Positions 1 through 12,900 of a DNA stretch of 64,000 bases are shown here, piece after piece. Where the stretch lies: positions 2,542,001 through 2,606,000 of the forward strand of contig JAYWIR010000015.1 of assembly GCA_036172245.1 (NCBI GenBank), read 5' to 3'. A program made the position numbers and the translations under genes. The notes below the pieces were generated by a model. The model did no database searches and had not been told where the DNA came from. It worked only from the letters and a program-made list of their open reading frames with translations. The first letter of the stretch is position 1. The number at the start of each line of letters is the position of its first letter. Source of the DNA: Raillietiella orientalis. Taxonomy: Eukaryota.

Positions 1-18
1 CCTCCTTGGGCCATTCTT

Positions 19-1461
19 TCAGTGTTCGAACGCGAACAAAGAAGCGCCCAGCGACCTGGGTGGTGTAACTCGAACATGCAGAAGCGGTACAACGTCGACT
101 AAGCCGAGGAAAGGACGAGGGCACCTTGGCCTCGTCCTGACACGCGCGCGCACAGCTGAGTGAATCTTTCCCGCGAATGGGAAGGGCCCTGTCGTGGAGG
201 CCGGGTCCTTTGCTTCACAGAAAGAGCGCCACCTTCGCGTGGGCTGCTTGCTCGTTCCTTCCGGCCTCAGCAGCCTCGCTTCGTGGACGCCGTACTGCTG
301 CACCGCCGACGCCAGCCAGCAGCGTGTTCGCGGCTGAACGGAACGTGCCCTTCCTATTTGTCCTTCCTGTTCGAAGCTCTTGGCTGTCTAACAACAGCCA
401 AGAGCTTCGAACTAAGGAACCAAGACTCCTAAAGCCGCGGTCAGCCTTCCTTGGGACTTCTTTCCCTTCTCCGACTTTCTTCGCCCTTACTGGTGCATGG
501 CGAGCGCCGGAACGGAGTCATCACCATGGCGTCCTGAGGGCGTTCCCGAAGTGTCGCACCAGTTTCGCCGTGATGACTCTGTCCGACAAGCTCCGATCTC
601 TGCGGTGACCTTCAAAGTTGCCCAAGTACCAATTATTAGAAAAGTTCTCATTCAGTTCGCAGATCGAGGATTTCTCACGGAAAGATTGAAGTTCCCATTC
701 CACCAGGATGGATTGAGACATCTGTGTTTCCACGCTCCTTCCTTTTCCACTCCCTCATTTCTCGGCCATCACCTTTTCTCTTCGTTTTTTTTCTCTGAGG
801 TGGAATCGGCTTCTGTGAGCATGAGAGAGGAATCAAAGGCCAAGGTCACTGAGTAGAGTCACGACTTCCTGGTTGCTCGCCGTCCACCTCATGCGGCAAC
901 CTTTGGCACCACCGTTCCCAGCGCGAAACGTAAGGGATGACGGAAGATACTCGAAGTCGTGCGAGAGACGATTGTTCGCTTTGAGCTCCCTCGAAAGGAC
1001 CTTTGGGGCCGTAAAGACGCGCAGCATCACTTCTGAAGGACCGAGAAGGTTCGCATACCGAACTTTTCGCACTTCTCTGGCCGGACCCGGAATTCTGGAG
1101 CCCGGGAGGACGGACAAGCCTCGATGGATCTCTAGCTTCCACCACCAGGAGAAGCTGGAACCAGGAGGGAGGGTCGACTTTCCACTTTAGATGGTCGCAT
1201 CGCCACGTCGGAGGCCATCGCTTCAAGGAGAGACCCTGAGGCGAACTGCGGGCGCACACATGTATCACGGATAGGTGAACGGTGGACACGTGGGGCACCA
1301 TCCACTACTCGATGCGGAAAATTGCGCGCAAGGTGAGCAAGCGCAGCTGCACCTAGGAAACGCTGCACCCAGCAGGCAAACGGAGCCTGAGAGCCACCGT
1401 TTCGGAGCATGAGGAAGGGGAGGAGAGGAAGATTGACGAGATCGTTAGGATGGGACAGCAC
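19..1461 (-). mobile_element. Decayed non-LTR retrotransposon RT/thumb region (CR1/L2-like)
   Basis: Motifs appear in the expected order across frameshifted minus ORFs: CWVQRFL..VVDG..PQ (cf. WI.SFL..V.G..GVPQG), VRYANLL (cf. LYADDL), EVVTLLSDLGL (cf. V...KDLGV), KLVRHFGNALRTPW (cf. LVRP.LEY...W). By-eye match. Confidence 0.6.
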
Positions 1462-2549
1462 GCCATCCGGCTTGTGTGTGCCCCTTTTTTTTCTTTTTAA
1501 TCAGGCATCACGCGATCCACGGGCCTCATCCACGAACACATGGCTGCTCATCATGAAAAAGATGAAAGTCAGGAGGTCCTCATCTGGAGAAGCGCACAGC
1601 ACAGGGGCAGACAGTAGGGGAGTGGGGGAGGAAAGGATTTATAGCACTCACTGAGCATCTCACTGGTGCATGAAGCTGCACCGGTGAAATGAAGACGCTG
1701 CTGAAAGGTCACTTTTGAATGTTGGTCACCTCTGTGTCTGCTTCACCAAGGTGGAAACAATTGTGTCTCAACCTACGGAGGCTCCGAACAGAACAAAGAA
1801 ACTGTAACCCAAGCATGCAGTCGCTGAGGAGCGAGAGCCACCCCATTGATGCGGTACCCTTCTTACTGATGCGCTGGTAGACGTTCGACTTGCCTATAAA
1901 CAGACAGAGAACTCTGCTATTTGATTACAATGAGGAAATCTCCCCAATCCTAACTTCCTGGAAACCATCGACAGTACTTGTCATCGAGGAGCGGTTAAAA
2001 CTTTCTTGTCATTACCTTAAGAGTCGATTCTGTTCTTCACACTCCAAAATCCCAGGGACATTCATTCAGAATAGATGAATGAAATCGTTAAGAAGATGGG
2101 ATCCAAAACTGGCTCAAAACGAAAGGGACTAAGGGGCTAGAACTAGGTCGGAGAACTTGGTCGGAAGTGGTGGATAAGGAAGGTAGAGTCAAAAGTAAAC
2201 GGATGAATCGAAATTGAAATGAAATCCGACCTACAGTGATACCGAAGGCCCTAAATCGGAGTTCTGTAGGACGAGAGAAGAAGGAATGAGGTCTTGCCAC
2301 CGATTACTAGCCAGCAATTTTTAGCAATCCCACTCAGGTTTCCATGCATTTCACATCCCACTTCCCGGCCATTACATCACCCTTCGCACACAGGCCACTT
2401 TCCAGCCATTGAGACGAGGATGGGAGCCACACTCTTCTTCCATTTCAGCCATCACCGTTTCTTGCATGTGGCAGATGATGGCCAGCGATAAGGCAACTGG
2501 TAAGCCCGGAGAGGTTAGAATTTGCCTGAATGTGGGGCATCATCGGGTC

Positions 2550-3360
2550 GATGATGAACGATGCAGGATACTTGACTGTATCTGGCCGGAACGAAGCCAG
2601 AGGAAACCCTGGTGGGAGTCTGCAGCGATTCTTAAGTAAAAATTGGTCTTCAGAGCTAAGTCTGGGGACGGAACATCAATCAAACCATCTAGTGGATGTG
2701 TTTTTTTTTAGAAGTTTCCCTCGGAATAGCTGACACTCGTCTAGGCAGAAGGAAATAGATGTCCCATCCACTAAATTGAAAGATCAGAAAGGTCTTGAGG
2801 CCGAAATGACTTATTCCCTAGCGTTGAAATGCTGACAACTCCGGCCTGCTTGAACATTGAAGCTCGGAGATTTTTGGATGCATGAGCACCAGTAGTGGAT
2901 CAACTTGGCAAGCAAAAGTGGAACTGCAGGATGAACCAGATGTTGGATCACAGAGAACGTGCTGAGACTCCTATGAGATTTCCCATGAGATACAAAGGAA
3001 GGGGTCAGTTGTTATGGGCAGAAGAACGGTGGCAACCACGGAAGTCGGAATTCTCTAAGGGGTGTCGCCAGCGACTCACCTGCTGGAGCAACCGACCCTC
3101 GATGGCGCCGAAGCCTCGAGCTCCATCCAGCCGCTGGGATAGAAGCGTTCCTGCCTTCAGGCATTCCGTCGGAGGAGGATGACAGGTTCCCTCAGATTCC
3201 TACGAGTAGGAAGAGGGTCGCGATGACTAGCGCATAAACTCTCAGAAGGGTTCCTTGGGTTGGAGCAGATCTCGGTGGTTGTAGCCAATATCCCAGTAGA
3301 ACGCTGATATGGAGGGTGGTTCAATGAAAACAGAAATGAATCCTAGTTCATAAAAAGGGG
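2550..3360 (+). pseudogene. Degenerate 28S rRNA fragment (rDNA pseudogene)
   Basis: Colinear conserved 28S blocks: gatgatgaac, acgaagccagaggaaaccctggtgg, aaccatctagt..gaagtttccctc..atagctg, ggtcttgaggccgaaa, ggatgaacc, ggaagtcggaatt..ctaagg..actcacctg, gcagatctcggtggttgtagccaatat. Many substitutions and indels; no flanking rDNA. Confidence 0.9.
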
Positions 3361-4199
3361 ACACCTTCAGGTGAGTATAGCAGATGGCATCGATAAGGAC
3401 ACTGAACTGGCGCGGTCCTCTATCAAAGAAGAAAAAACCACAACTTCCATAGCATTACAATGTACAGTGAGTTGTGGTGGAACTGATGCATTGGTTGATC
3501 CACACATGCAAGTGTTCGGGAATAAATTACATCGAGTGATCCTAATGATGATATCCTGTACAAAGTGTAAGAGGTGAGCAAACGAATTTATCAATGCATT
3601 TGATTTTGCGAGTCTCAGGAAAGGGTAAATTCGAACGGACGCCTTTGACATTGTGTGTGAACATCCTCATCAGCTCCATCTCATGATCTTGTTCGTTATC
3701 ACGAAAGTTCGGTTGTATTTGTGATTTCTCGAGGAAGGTAGGGATTGGACTGTGAACGCTTCTAGAGATTGTGCCAGGAGCGAGACAAGTTTGATCTGGA
3801 TGCTGAATTCTTCACGGCATAAATAAAAAATCGGAATCAGCAGTATGTTTCACTGTTCTCTCTTGCATTCGATTTAGTAGGAGTACACTTACAAAAATAT
3901 AGTGGACGTGGTTCAGTCGATCACAAGTCTATCCTATGCCGTCCAGCCCTGCTGTGGCTGTTCCAAAAGCAGACTCTGAAGCAGACTCTGCAGGCTTCCA
4001 TTCTGCAGTGGGTGCATGGAGCCCTGGAAGGAGAATCAAGTGACCATGGAGATGTCCTTTTCCTTGCTCAAGATGATACAGTCACGCACTCCTACTTTGA
4101 GGTCTGAGACGAGCGGATCATCTTAAAAGATGCATCTGAAACCTTGGGTTTCAGTCAGGAAACGTGAAATGCGGATGTCCTCTTGGATTGATTTCTGGA

Positions 4200-5010
4200 G
4201 ACAAACCTAGAAGCAGTCATGAAGAGTAGCACAGAGAAGCAAACAGAAATGTTCTGAGGCATCCATAGCTTTTCTGTCGAAGGGCTGCAAGCAATCCCGC
4301 AAGCTTCTCATAGATTGGGTGATCGAAACCACCTCCATGGTCTTCCATCGTGATGACATCGAAACCTGCAGGTTTCCTTCAAGTACATGTGGAATCGGAT
4401 ACTTGTTTACCACGGAGATTTACTAAGGAAGAAGGAATTAGATCGTACTCCGGCCTATCAGACAAGAGAATCGTGAAAGAGATTGGGAGAGACTACACTT
4501 GGCAGCGTAGGGCCTCGGTCCAGAGTTTATCGGAAATGGTATTCAAACTGTGGAAGTTCATCTGCGTGTGTGAGTGCGTCTGGAGCGAAAAGGCAGCGAA
4601 GTCAACACCATCGTCGTGCACTTGGAGGGAGGAGGGAAACAGTGATTTTAATTACACTCCATCCAATAGGAGAATGAGTACTCTCTGGTAAGAGGAACAT
4701 ATTGTGGCCAACCAAGAGCGAGATCACTTCTGGACGTCAATGCAATGGAAGTTTGGGGTCTTAGCCACGTTGATGAATTTCACGACGCATCACCATGAAC
4801 GTGTTCGTTGGCTGGTTCACATCTACGAGGGGAGACCCTTGTGGGGCATCTCCTGTAGTTCTCGGAGCTGCTCAAGATGAGCTAACATGTCCCTCTCGAC
4901 GCGATCTTCCTTGATCCACTTTCATCCTTGGGCATCTTCTGGAATTCCCGAGAAGTTCAGAGTCTCCAGAAACAGACTTTTCTTTGTCTTTGCGATCACG
5001 AAAATTCACA
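4200..5010 (-). mobile_element. Decayed APE-endonuclease-like LINE ORF2 N-terminus
   Basis: My minus-strand translation (with stops): LFLETLNFSGI...DMLAHLEQLRELQEMPH (cf. I.T.N..G...DI..LQETH) and later TILLSD (cf. I.GDFN). Weak. Confidence 0.35.
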
Positions 5011-5449
5011 GGTTCACGGGGACGCAGATTATAGGAAAACGCAGGATCGTCGGCATAGGAACCCTTGCGGATAATAAACTGGACTTCAACCTGTTGTGGC
5101 TGTTCTCAGGCAAAAGCTCAAAAAGAAAGTCGCAGATGCAAGGTCGAATTGCATCTTAATCTTTCTCTGGACTGAGTCTATGGTCTCCTCGAATTCGTTT
5201 ACTTTCCAAGTGAACTCTACCTCAGGTGTCTCTGCTGGCTGGCTGTCCTGAAGGACCAAAGGAGTTGGATTCCATCATTTCAAACCATGCCTTTCCCATG
5301 GAAATCATACACAAAAAAGGAAACAGAAAAAGGCTCGTTCCACACGGCTTCATATACGAGATGAGAGAAAAATCTATAAGCCTTCGTTTTCCAATGAGAT
5401 CACGCTTCCCGGAAAACTGATCCGTGAGAGTCTCCATTCGTCGAAACGA

Positions 5450-6760
5450 GGATTACGGAAGAACAGCACCTGAAGCATTTCTTCTTGAGCACAGAGCATG
5501 ACACCAAATGCACATCTCTTGGTGCTTATCAGAGCTTCCGACATGCCCATACAGCAGTGCCCTCAGGTAACTCAAATCTGCTGATGACCCTTTGACCAAG
5601 TAGATTCCTTGTATTCCGATTATGTGTTTTCAGTTCTCTGCTAGAACTTCATGGGGAGCTACTAGGATGCCTTCCTGCCTCCTTGGTCGCTTCCAGCGAC
5701 AACCCTCTATCGAGACCTTCTGAAACGAGCTACTCTTCTTTCTCATTCTCTGAGTCAGAAGTTTGGTGTACCATTCTTTTACGCAAAGACCAGGCACCCC
5801 TTAAAGTCGTCCTTCTTCCTGCTGTCTTGCAAACGCTTTGCTCAAGAACTCAGCTGCATGCAGTTCTTCAGATGGACGCAATAATCTTATTTGCCACGGA
5901 ATGCTGAGGTCAAACTACAGCTGACGCTTCCGGAATGTTCCTGTGGCTACACACTGGTATCATCATCAACGCCAGAAACACTCTGGAAGCAAGGAAAAGG
6001 GGTCCTTCTTCTGTTCATAGTCCTGTGATTTGTTCACATGTTCTCCAGCGTGAGAAGCAGGCTATGGGGGTGCCTTATTCCTTTGAACTGAGCAGGAGGG
6101 ATGGGGGTAGACATTATCTGAGGAGGGAGACTTCCTTACTTTCATCGACAGCCGTCTGCCGATTCCTCATTTCCTTCTCGCAACCTGATTGTCAAATCGG
6201 TCCGATTTCCTAAGTCGTTCCTTGCTCATCATTCAATGGGGCGCTCCAGTGCCGCCAAATCTTCGCTTCAACTTCTGAAATTTGTCCTAACTCCTCCTCA
6301 TACCCAGAAATAGTCTCTCTTCTTTCGACAGACTGAAAAAAGTGCAGAAGATTTTTGAACTCTCTGAGCAGCTCCCGATGATGGCAGCTGGTGAGTGGAT
6401 TCCTCCACTCTCCACTCCCTCGAGATTGCTTCTTTCGGGCGGGCCTGTCGGAAGGAGCAGATCTTCAGAGTCCTGAAAAAAATTTCCCAGGCGAGTCGCG
6501 TTGTCCAGAGAGCAGGCAGAGCTGGAGCTAATGACCGGAAAATTTGTATCTACGGAAGCTGTTCCCCGGAACGGCAGCTTGCACCGACCCAAGCTCCAGT
6601 CGGAGCAGCAGACAGGAAGAGACGTCTGGCAACTCCAGGAAGATGCTTTTGTCCTAGCACTCCTGATGACGCAGCCGGACCGTTTAACCAGATCATCCTG
6701 GTCGCTACCACATCCACGAGTCCCTTCCTCTGCGCCCCGAGGCCTTCAAGGTCACACATG
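5450..6760 (-). mobile_element. Decayed CR1/Jockey-like RT region
   Basis: In order: LGAQRKGLVDVVATRM (cf. KA.G.D.I..R), LFLSAAPTGAW, DTNFPVISSSS..RLGNFF (cf. NYRPISL), LFLGMRRS*DK (cf. FLD..KAFDK), GVDDDT (cf. FADDT), EKEE*LVSEGLDRGLS (cf. EKDLGV..D..LS). Confidence 0.6.
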
Positions 6761-8219
6761 TTTCGCCTCTAGCTGAGGCGTTTTCTATGCCTCTCCTCCC
6801 ACTCGGGACGCCCACACTTTCATGTGTTCGTGGTTTTCTGCTGTCGCTCCCAGATGCGATCGAAGTATGGCCTCTGTTTGCACTGCTGCTGAACAGTGTC
6901 GCCTGTCAGAGGGCGCACTACTACAGCTCCGCTCACTGCTTTTACACCTGCATCGGCAAGTCCCTTGGCTCCAACGAGAAGTCCAATGGATTGCAGTCTG
7001 CAAGTCGATTCCCTGAGCGTGATGCAAAGCTTCCTGCACAAGACTCCTTGTCTCGAATAATCGTTACTTTCGATGACACCACGCTTCCTTGGCCGCTCGC
7101 TTCGGCCGCTTGCTTCGGTGTTCGATGATCATCCGGCGTTCTGCACTCGGAATGAATACCCGGTTGCTTCGAATTTTCCAGAAGGAGCACCAACAGTCCT
7201 ATCCTTAGAAACTGAGAGGTGAACACGTTCAGTTTGAGTTCGCTACAGCGGAATCTTCAATCTCCAATCTTTCAATCACCGCTTGCAGTCTTCATCCAGC
7301 ATCTTGAATTCTTCCACGGCTTCCCCCGCTTCTCATCGAAGCAACCCCAACTCGGATGCCGTGTTGGCATCCGACTTGGCAACTTTCCTCCCCTCTTCCT
7401 TTTTTGTCCTTCTCGCCCAGATTTCTTTCTGTCTACTGGGGCATCTACCTTTATTATCCGCATGCTGTGGTACAGTTTGCCTTCCAGTCACATAAATCTC
7501 ACAGCCTCCTCAGCGGAGCAATGGGTGATGTGTTCAGGATCATTAACAGATCTCAGGGCAAGCCGAATCTGCAGGTCACGATCTCGGAGAACCAGGATGG
7601 CCACAAGCTGTCCCTTGAAATTACGGCGGTTGCTGACCAGCGCAGTCATGAAACGAGAAGATGGCAGGAATGTTCAGTTAATGAAGCTTGGTGATGAAAG
7701 TCAGTCTTACCCTTATCCTTTAATTCGGAAGTCCCTGTGTCACCAAATCTCCGTTCAATCCGGGTACTTGCTCCATCTCAGGCAGCATCCAGGCCTCATC
7801 ACAGAGGATTCAAACCGATGCTCAAGTTCCAGGATCATCCCAGAAAGTGAAGAAGGGAGAAAAGCAAAAGAGGGCGAAAATTCATCAGCGATCCGGATTG
7901 AGCATGCAGATGACCCTCTTTGAAGATCTCATTGCGCGCGCATGCCTCCCAGGAAACAAGTAGCAATTCTAACCCTGCCGATAGAAAATCTCACCTCAAG
8001 GGATCATTACTTCTTTCCTCCAGAGTGATGAGGCTCCCCACTGGAGGAGAGAAAGGGTGACGGTTTTCTTGAATACAGGGAGGAGAGATGAAACATCCAG
8101 ACTCCCAGAGGATTCTCGCGATGAAAGTGAAACGAACATCCTTAAAGAGGACCCCAGGATGATATCCGGAATTCTTCGATGGAAACGGTAGCTTTGAAAG
8201 CGAACGGAATCTCATTCTA

Positions 8220-8970
8220 GAAGTGAGGAGCCACAAGGCAGCGACAACGAGGACAGGGGAGACAGCGACGAGGATGATTCTGTGCAGGAAATGCCAGGAG
8301 TGCGGGATTTTTGGAGATCAAAGGTGGAGGACGACGGCGCGCCACCAAATGGCAGCTGTTCGACCACAAGAATGCTGGATTCTGCGAGACGAAAAGCAGA
8401 GGGAGGAAGGCGTCTTCCGTGGGCCACTGGGTGACCGCTTCCTCGGATGCGGCCAACGTCCCACCACTGGCAAGCCTGAAGGGCAGACTCCTTCTTCACT
8501 CAATTGCCTCTGCAGCAGTAGTCACGCGGAAAACTGCTGAGGTTCTAAACTGGTCACTCTTCAACCGAAGAGAGCTGAAGACACGGTCTGGTGTTGACTT
8601 TCGTGTCGCGAAGTGCGGGTGCTGCTCCTCTGGGATCTGGCTTGGAGACCCTCTTGGAGAAGAAATCCGGAACTCCACCAACCTTGGGAATGCCCTTGTA
8701 AATCCCTCCAGCTGGCTCCAAGGGGTTTCGGTTGAGCAGCACGATGAACTTCCTAGGAGGAAGCTGATGCCCATTTCTGCCCTTTCTCCTGATGGAGAGG
8801 CCAGAGAAGGATGAATAGTCGTTGCCATGGCACGTCTCATTGCTCGGCATTTCCGCCTCCAGCAGAGTCAGTGTAAGCAGGATCAATCTCTCTGTCCCAC
8901 TTCTGCTACCCATGGACCAGCAGCTGCTCGATCCAGGATTCCGGCCACTCCATGGGCAGAATACCACTAT
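8220..8970 (-). mobile_element. Decayed APE-endonuclease-like segment, possibly the same element as 5450-6760
   Basis: ORF 8496..8840: FLLGSSSC...PW and HPHFATRKSTPDRVFS (cf. GDFN...W; PT....S.LDLVF). Position upstream of the RT remnant fits ORF2 domain order. Weak. Confidence 0.35.
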
Positions 8971-9873
8971 GTGGTGCTGCTACTCCTAGAATATTCCCCT
9001 CTTTCCGTCCTGAAATAACGAGCGGAGCCCTTTGCGACTCATGATGAGGGCCTCCTGGAGAAACAAAAGTGGAAAAGGAGAAAACGGTCGGACAGAGGGA
9101 GGCATTGCCATTGAGTTTCCCCATTTGCCCTCCCTTACCCACCTTCGACCCAAGAAAATCTCCTTTCCTTTCTTCCTCCACTTCTCTTTCCCCTTTCGCT
9201 CTCTCGTACTCTTCGACATTTCACAAATTCAATTCCCCCTCCTCCCTTCTCTCCCCGCTCTTTCCAAAAATTCGAAATTTTCCCGTATCGATTAGACTTG
9301 GCGCGCGACTCGCCAAATTCCCGTGTAGGAAAAAGAGGGGAAGTGGCGGCGGCGGAAGCAGCAGCAGCAAGCAGCCGCAGCAGTGCCATCGTCGTCTTTG
9401 CCTCCATCTCCCGCCTCCCTTCCCAGTTGACAGCGCACGCCTGCTCGGCGCGTCCCCCGAGAGACACACGTGAAGCGCTGGCCACTCCTCCTCTTCCCGC
9501 CCTCCGCTCCCCGCGCTCGGGACCAGGGGAGAGGCCACTCCAGGAACGGTCGTAGAGGCGACGGCAGCCGATTCCCCTCCGCGTGCCTCCTATCCCGCGC
9601 GTGCGGTCCCCTCCGAGACCGGATATCCGCCCACCCCTCTTCTCGGTGCCGAGGTGAGCGGGTCCACCCCGTCCCATCTCTCCAGCTCCGTCCCCCTTCT
9701 CGTGGTGCAGGAGAGCCGGGAAAGCAGCGGCACAGAGGCGGAACGATCCTCCGTAAAGCCTCCACTGGGTAAACGCGAAGCAAGGGAAGAGCAGGAAATC
9801 TTATTCCCGCGAAAAAGCCGAGGAGGAGGAAGAGGAGGAGGAGGAGTGGCAGAGAGGGAGAGCACCGTCGGAC

Positions 9874-9961
9874 ATGTTGGTGGTCGAATGCATAGTCATC
9901 TTCCTGTGGTGGTGGTCGTCATTCCCCTCGCGCGTAGCCGGGGAATGCTACATCCCTGAAA
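9874..9961 (+). CDS. Ig gene exon 1 (signal-peptide-like MLVVECIVIFLWWWSSFPSRVAGECYIPE)
   Basis: ATG at 9874, hydrophobic stretch, consensus donor GTAAGT at 9962; phase 1 matches exon 2. Confidence 0.75.
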
Positions 9962-12900
9962 GTAAGTGAGGGGTCGCTTGCGCGAGGACGATGTGGCGCG
10001 CGGACGAGGTGGGCGAGCGACGTTCTGGGGCAAAGCGCGGCCCATGGTGGAATGCATGACGGCAGGATGTCTAAGGATGACATCCTCTCCCATTCACTCT
10101 CTCCTCATCACCCTCTTTCACTTCCGACTGATCCCAGTTCGATCCAGGATGGGGTCAGGCAGCCTCCGGACGCTTCCTCCTCCCTCACCCCGTACTGCCG
10201 TTCGAGTGACAGTCGGAGGTTCGCTGGTAGGGTGAAGCCGCCATCGGACTGCAGGCGGATTTGTTTTCTTTTTCTTCCCTGAGACTCCGGGTCATGGGGT
10301 GCGGCGCTCCATGTAGGAAAGGCAGGAGATGGACCGTGGATCTCCACTTGAGATGGAGCCTTCACCTTCCCTCTTCCCCTCCTCCTTACCCCTTAAAGTG
10401 AATGAGGAGGAAGAGAAGGAGCTACCTTCCCTGTTTTCCATTCACTCCTTCGCTACTCACCCCCACCCACGCTGTAACCGCAGTATTTTTTGCTTGCCCC
10501 CCTTTCCTTTTCCATCCCCCCAGATAGCAGGAAGAGAAGTTTCCTGTTCGCCCTTTCAACGCTCTTCTGCGGCACAAGTGGCTCTTTGCAGAGCTGACGC
10601 GCGCGGCAGCTCTTAGACACGTTCAGGAGAATAAAAAGAGCTCTGCCGTCTCCTCAGCAACCCCTCCCCAGCCAAGGACGAACGGAACGCCCCCGCCGCC
10701 CGTTCTTCGGTTGTCACAGTTGCTGACACGAATGTGCACCGTCTCTTCCTTCTTCCCGTGAAGGATCCTGACGGGAGATGCCATAGAAAGGGCGCTCTGC
10801 TTATCAGAAACCCTTCTGGAGTGCTGGTTCTCCTGGTCTCAGAGTCTGGAAAAGACCTGGGAAACGAGTAGCAGAACAAGGAAGGCAGCCAGCCATCTTC
10901 CTCCTCCCGGCTATCCAGAAGAAAGGCTTGGCACAAACACGACGAGGTAAAGGTCCAGGGTGCTCCCACCCTCCTCTCCCGCCTTCCTTCACTTCCTTAC
11001 CCCACTGGGTAGACCAGATGGTTGGCAGTGCGGCACTCGCGGCAACCCATAGCATGCCGGAGGTGAACGTGCCCCTCGTGGGCCCCACAGCCATCCAACC
11101 TTTCCCTCGAGGGAAAGGGAGGATGGTGAGTAGGAAAGCGTGGACGAGAGCGAGGTGCAAAGGAAGCAAGGAGGAAAGCAGCGTTACGAAGAACATTGAC
11201 CCCTTCCCTCGCTTCTCGAGGGCAGAGGGTAAGGGCGTCTTCGAGGCCATCTCCGTAGTCATGGCCAGTCCCGCTTTTCGTCTCTCCAAAGGGAAAGAAG
11301 GGGAGGGAGAAAAGGGAATCTGAGATCTCCCATGGCCTGGAAGCGTAACCGCGTGCTCTCTTGTTCTCCCTAGGAAGGTCACGGCCTCCCCCTGGCGAAT
11401 TCGAGACCAGTTGCAACTCCACTCACCCACTGCTCCTTCCTTTTCCCATCTGGTTTTTCCGTTTATGTATTTTCTTTTTCTTCCAGGTCCAGGTCTTCCC
11501 ACCTTTTCCCACTCTATCGGGAACGTCACCGTCGTTGCAGGCAGGGATGCAACACTCGTCTGCGTCATCGAAGACCTTGGTCGGCACATGGTAAACGGGC
11601 GCAGCGCCCCCTTCTTCCAGTAAGAACGCCGCGGCTCGCTTCTCCTCACCTCTCCCCTGCCCACCCGTCCAACTGCGCGCGCCCGCTAAGGAGCGGGGAA
11701 GCGCGACGTCAAGGCATTTAGGCATACTTTTTGCCGGGTACACGGGAAGGAGGAGGGAGGAACAGGGACGGCGGGAAAAATCGCCGTGAAAAAACTCATG
11801 GCAACCACGACGCTTCCAGGATCGGGATCTTTCCGAAAGGGTGCTTACTGCTGTGGCTGTGGTTCCTTCTTCCCCAGTGATGTGAGCGCGAGGCAGAAAT
11901 CCTCTTGTCTCTCCCCTTCTTCTTCCTTACCAGATGCAAGAAGAGTAGATCTTCCCACTTCTCCTTCTCATGATCATCATCACCACTGTGGTCGTCGTCA
12001 TCATCATACTCATACTCATTCGCTTTCTTTGGCTGTCGACTGCTTCCGCCTTTCTGCTGAGGAGCCCTCTTCCATCTCAGTTTCTTCATTCCCTTCTCTT
12101 TCCAGATTCCTGTCTTTTCTTCATGCGCATGTCTTAGACTTTCGTTTTCCCTTTCCAAAATCAAACTCACCCTTATTCCACGACGGACCGGTTCCAACAA
12201 CGTTGCGAGAAATCGCTTGGCAACAGAACGATCGCAAGCGCTCTCACAAGAGCTTCCTCATTCACTCATCCTCAGCCTCTTGAAAGAAAATGTGAGCTCC
12301 TTGGGAAAGAGGGTGCGTATCTCCACGAAGACAGACGCGTTCCTTCTTCTTCCTTTCCCTTTCGTCCCTTTTTCTCTTCGTCACTCACTCCGCCGCCGCT
12401 TCTACACTTGAGGTCCTCGCGTCACATTCACCCGCTCCCTCCTCCTTCAGGGCAATCTCTTCAATATGGGTCTTCTTACGGACCAGGCGGATTTTTGGGA
12501 AAGACCCTCCAAATTTCGTCATCCCCAGTCCACTCTTTCCTCATCCATGGACGACCGTGCGCACCGGAAACTACTTGAGATCTTCCCGTTTCTTCGTTGC
12601 GGCTTCCTCCATAACCCCGTGGACTCCGTTCAAGAACGAGAGGGCTGATAGTGGTTTCAAGTCTGAACCGCGTTCCGATCCAAACGAAAAATGCTCAAGA
12701 CTCCGGAAATCTTAAGGTTAGATCGCGCCTTCCCCCCGACCTACGACCATCCGTGTTTCCAAGGGACGAATCTTCCACCTCCTGGATCGACTCCAGGAAA
12801 CACCCCAGCAGTATCGAGGTCCACGAAGTATCTAAGTGGAAGGGAATATCGAGTGCCATCCTCCTTTCGTGAGGATGCCTTCTTCCAGGGCTGAGGTCAA

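Noticed and set aside
3967..3990. 12-bp tandem duplication (aagcagactctg x2); a similar one lies near 60077-60101, and there are short CAT/GGA microsatellites
   Set aside because: Ordinary slippage products with no sign of function.
4650..4700. NACHT Walker-B-like RVLILLLDG on minus
   Set aside because: No Walker A upstream; the context fits an APE-like remnant better.
7356..7694. Plus-strand exon-like ORF after a good acceptor, and a minus-strand RRM-like phrase (AEEAVRFM*LEGK..IIKVD)
   Set aside because: No recognisable family or partner exons; the RRM resemblance is short and contains a stop.
8821..8834. RFX X-box-like GTTGCCATGGCAC upstream of the Ig gene
   Set aside because: Imperfect right half-site, lies inside a probable LINE remnant, and could be chance.
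10804..11664. Long ORFs in the GC-rich domain (286 aa here; also 20850..21638, 32007..32960, 44655..45369)
   Set aside because: Low-complexity R/S/P/G-rich translations without domains, as expected in GC-rich DNA. This one is antisense to a real exon.
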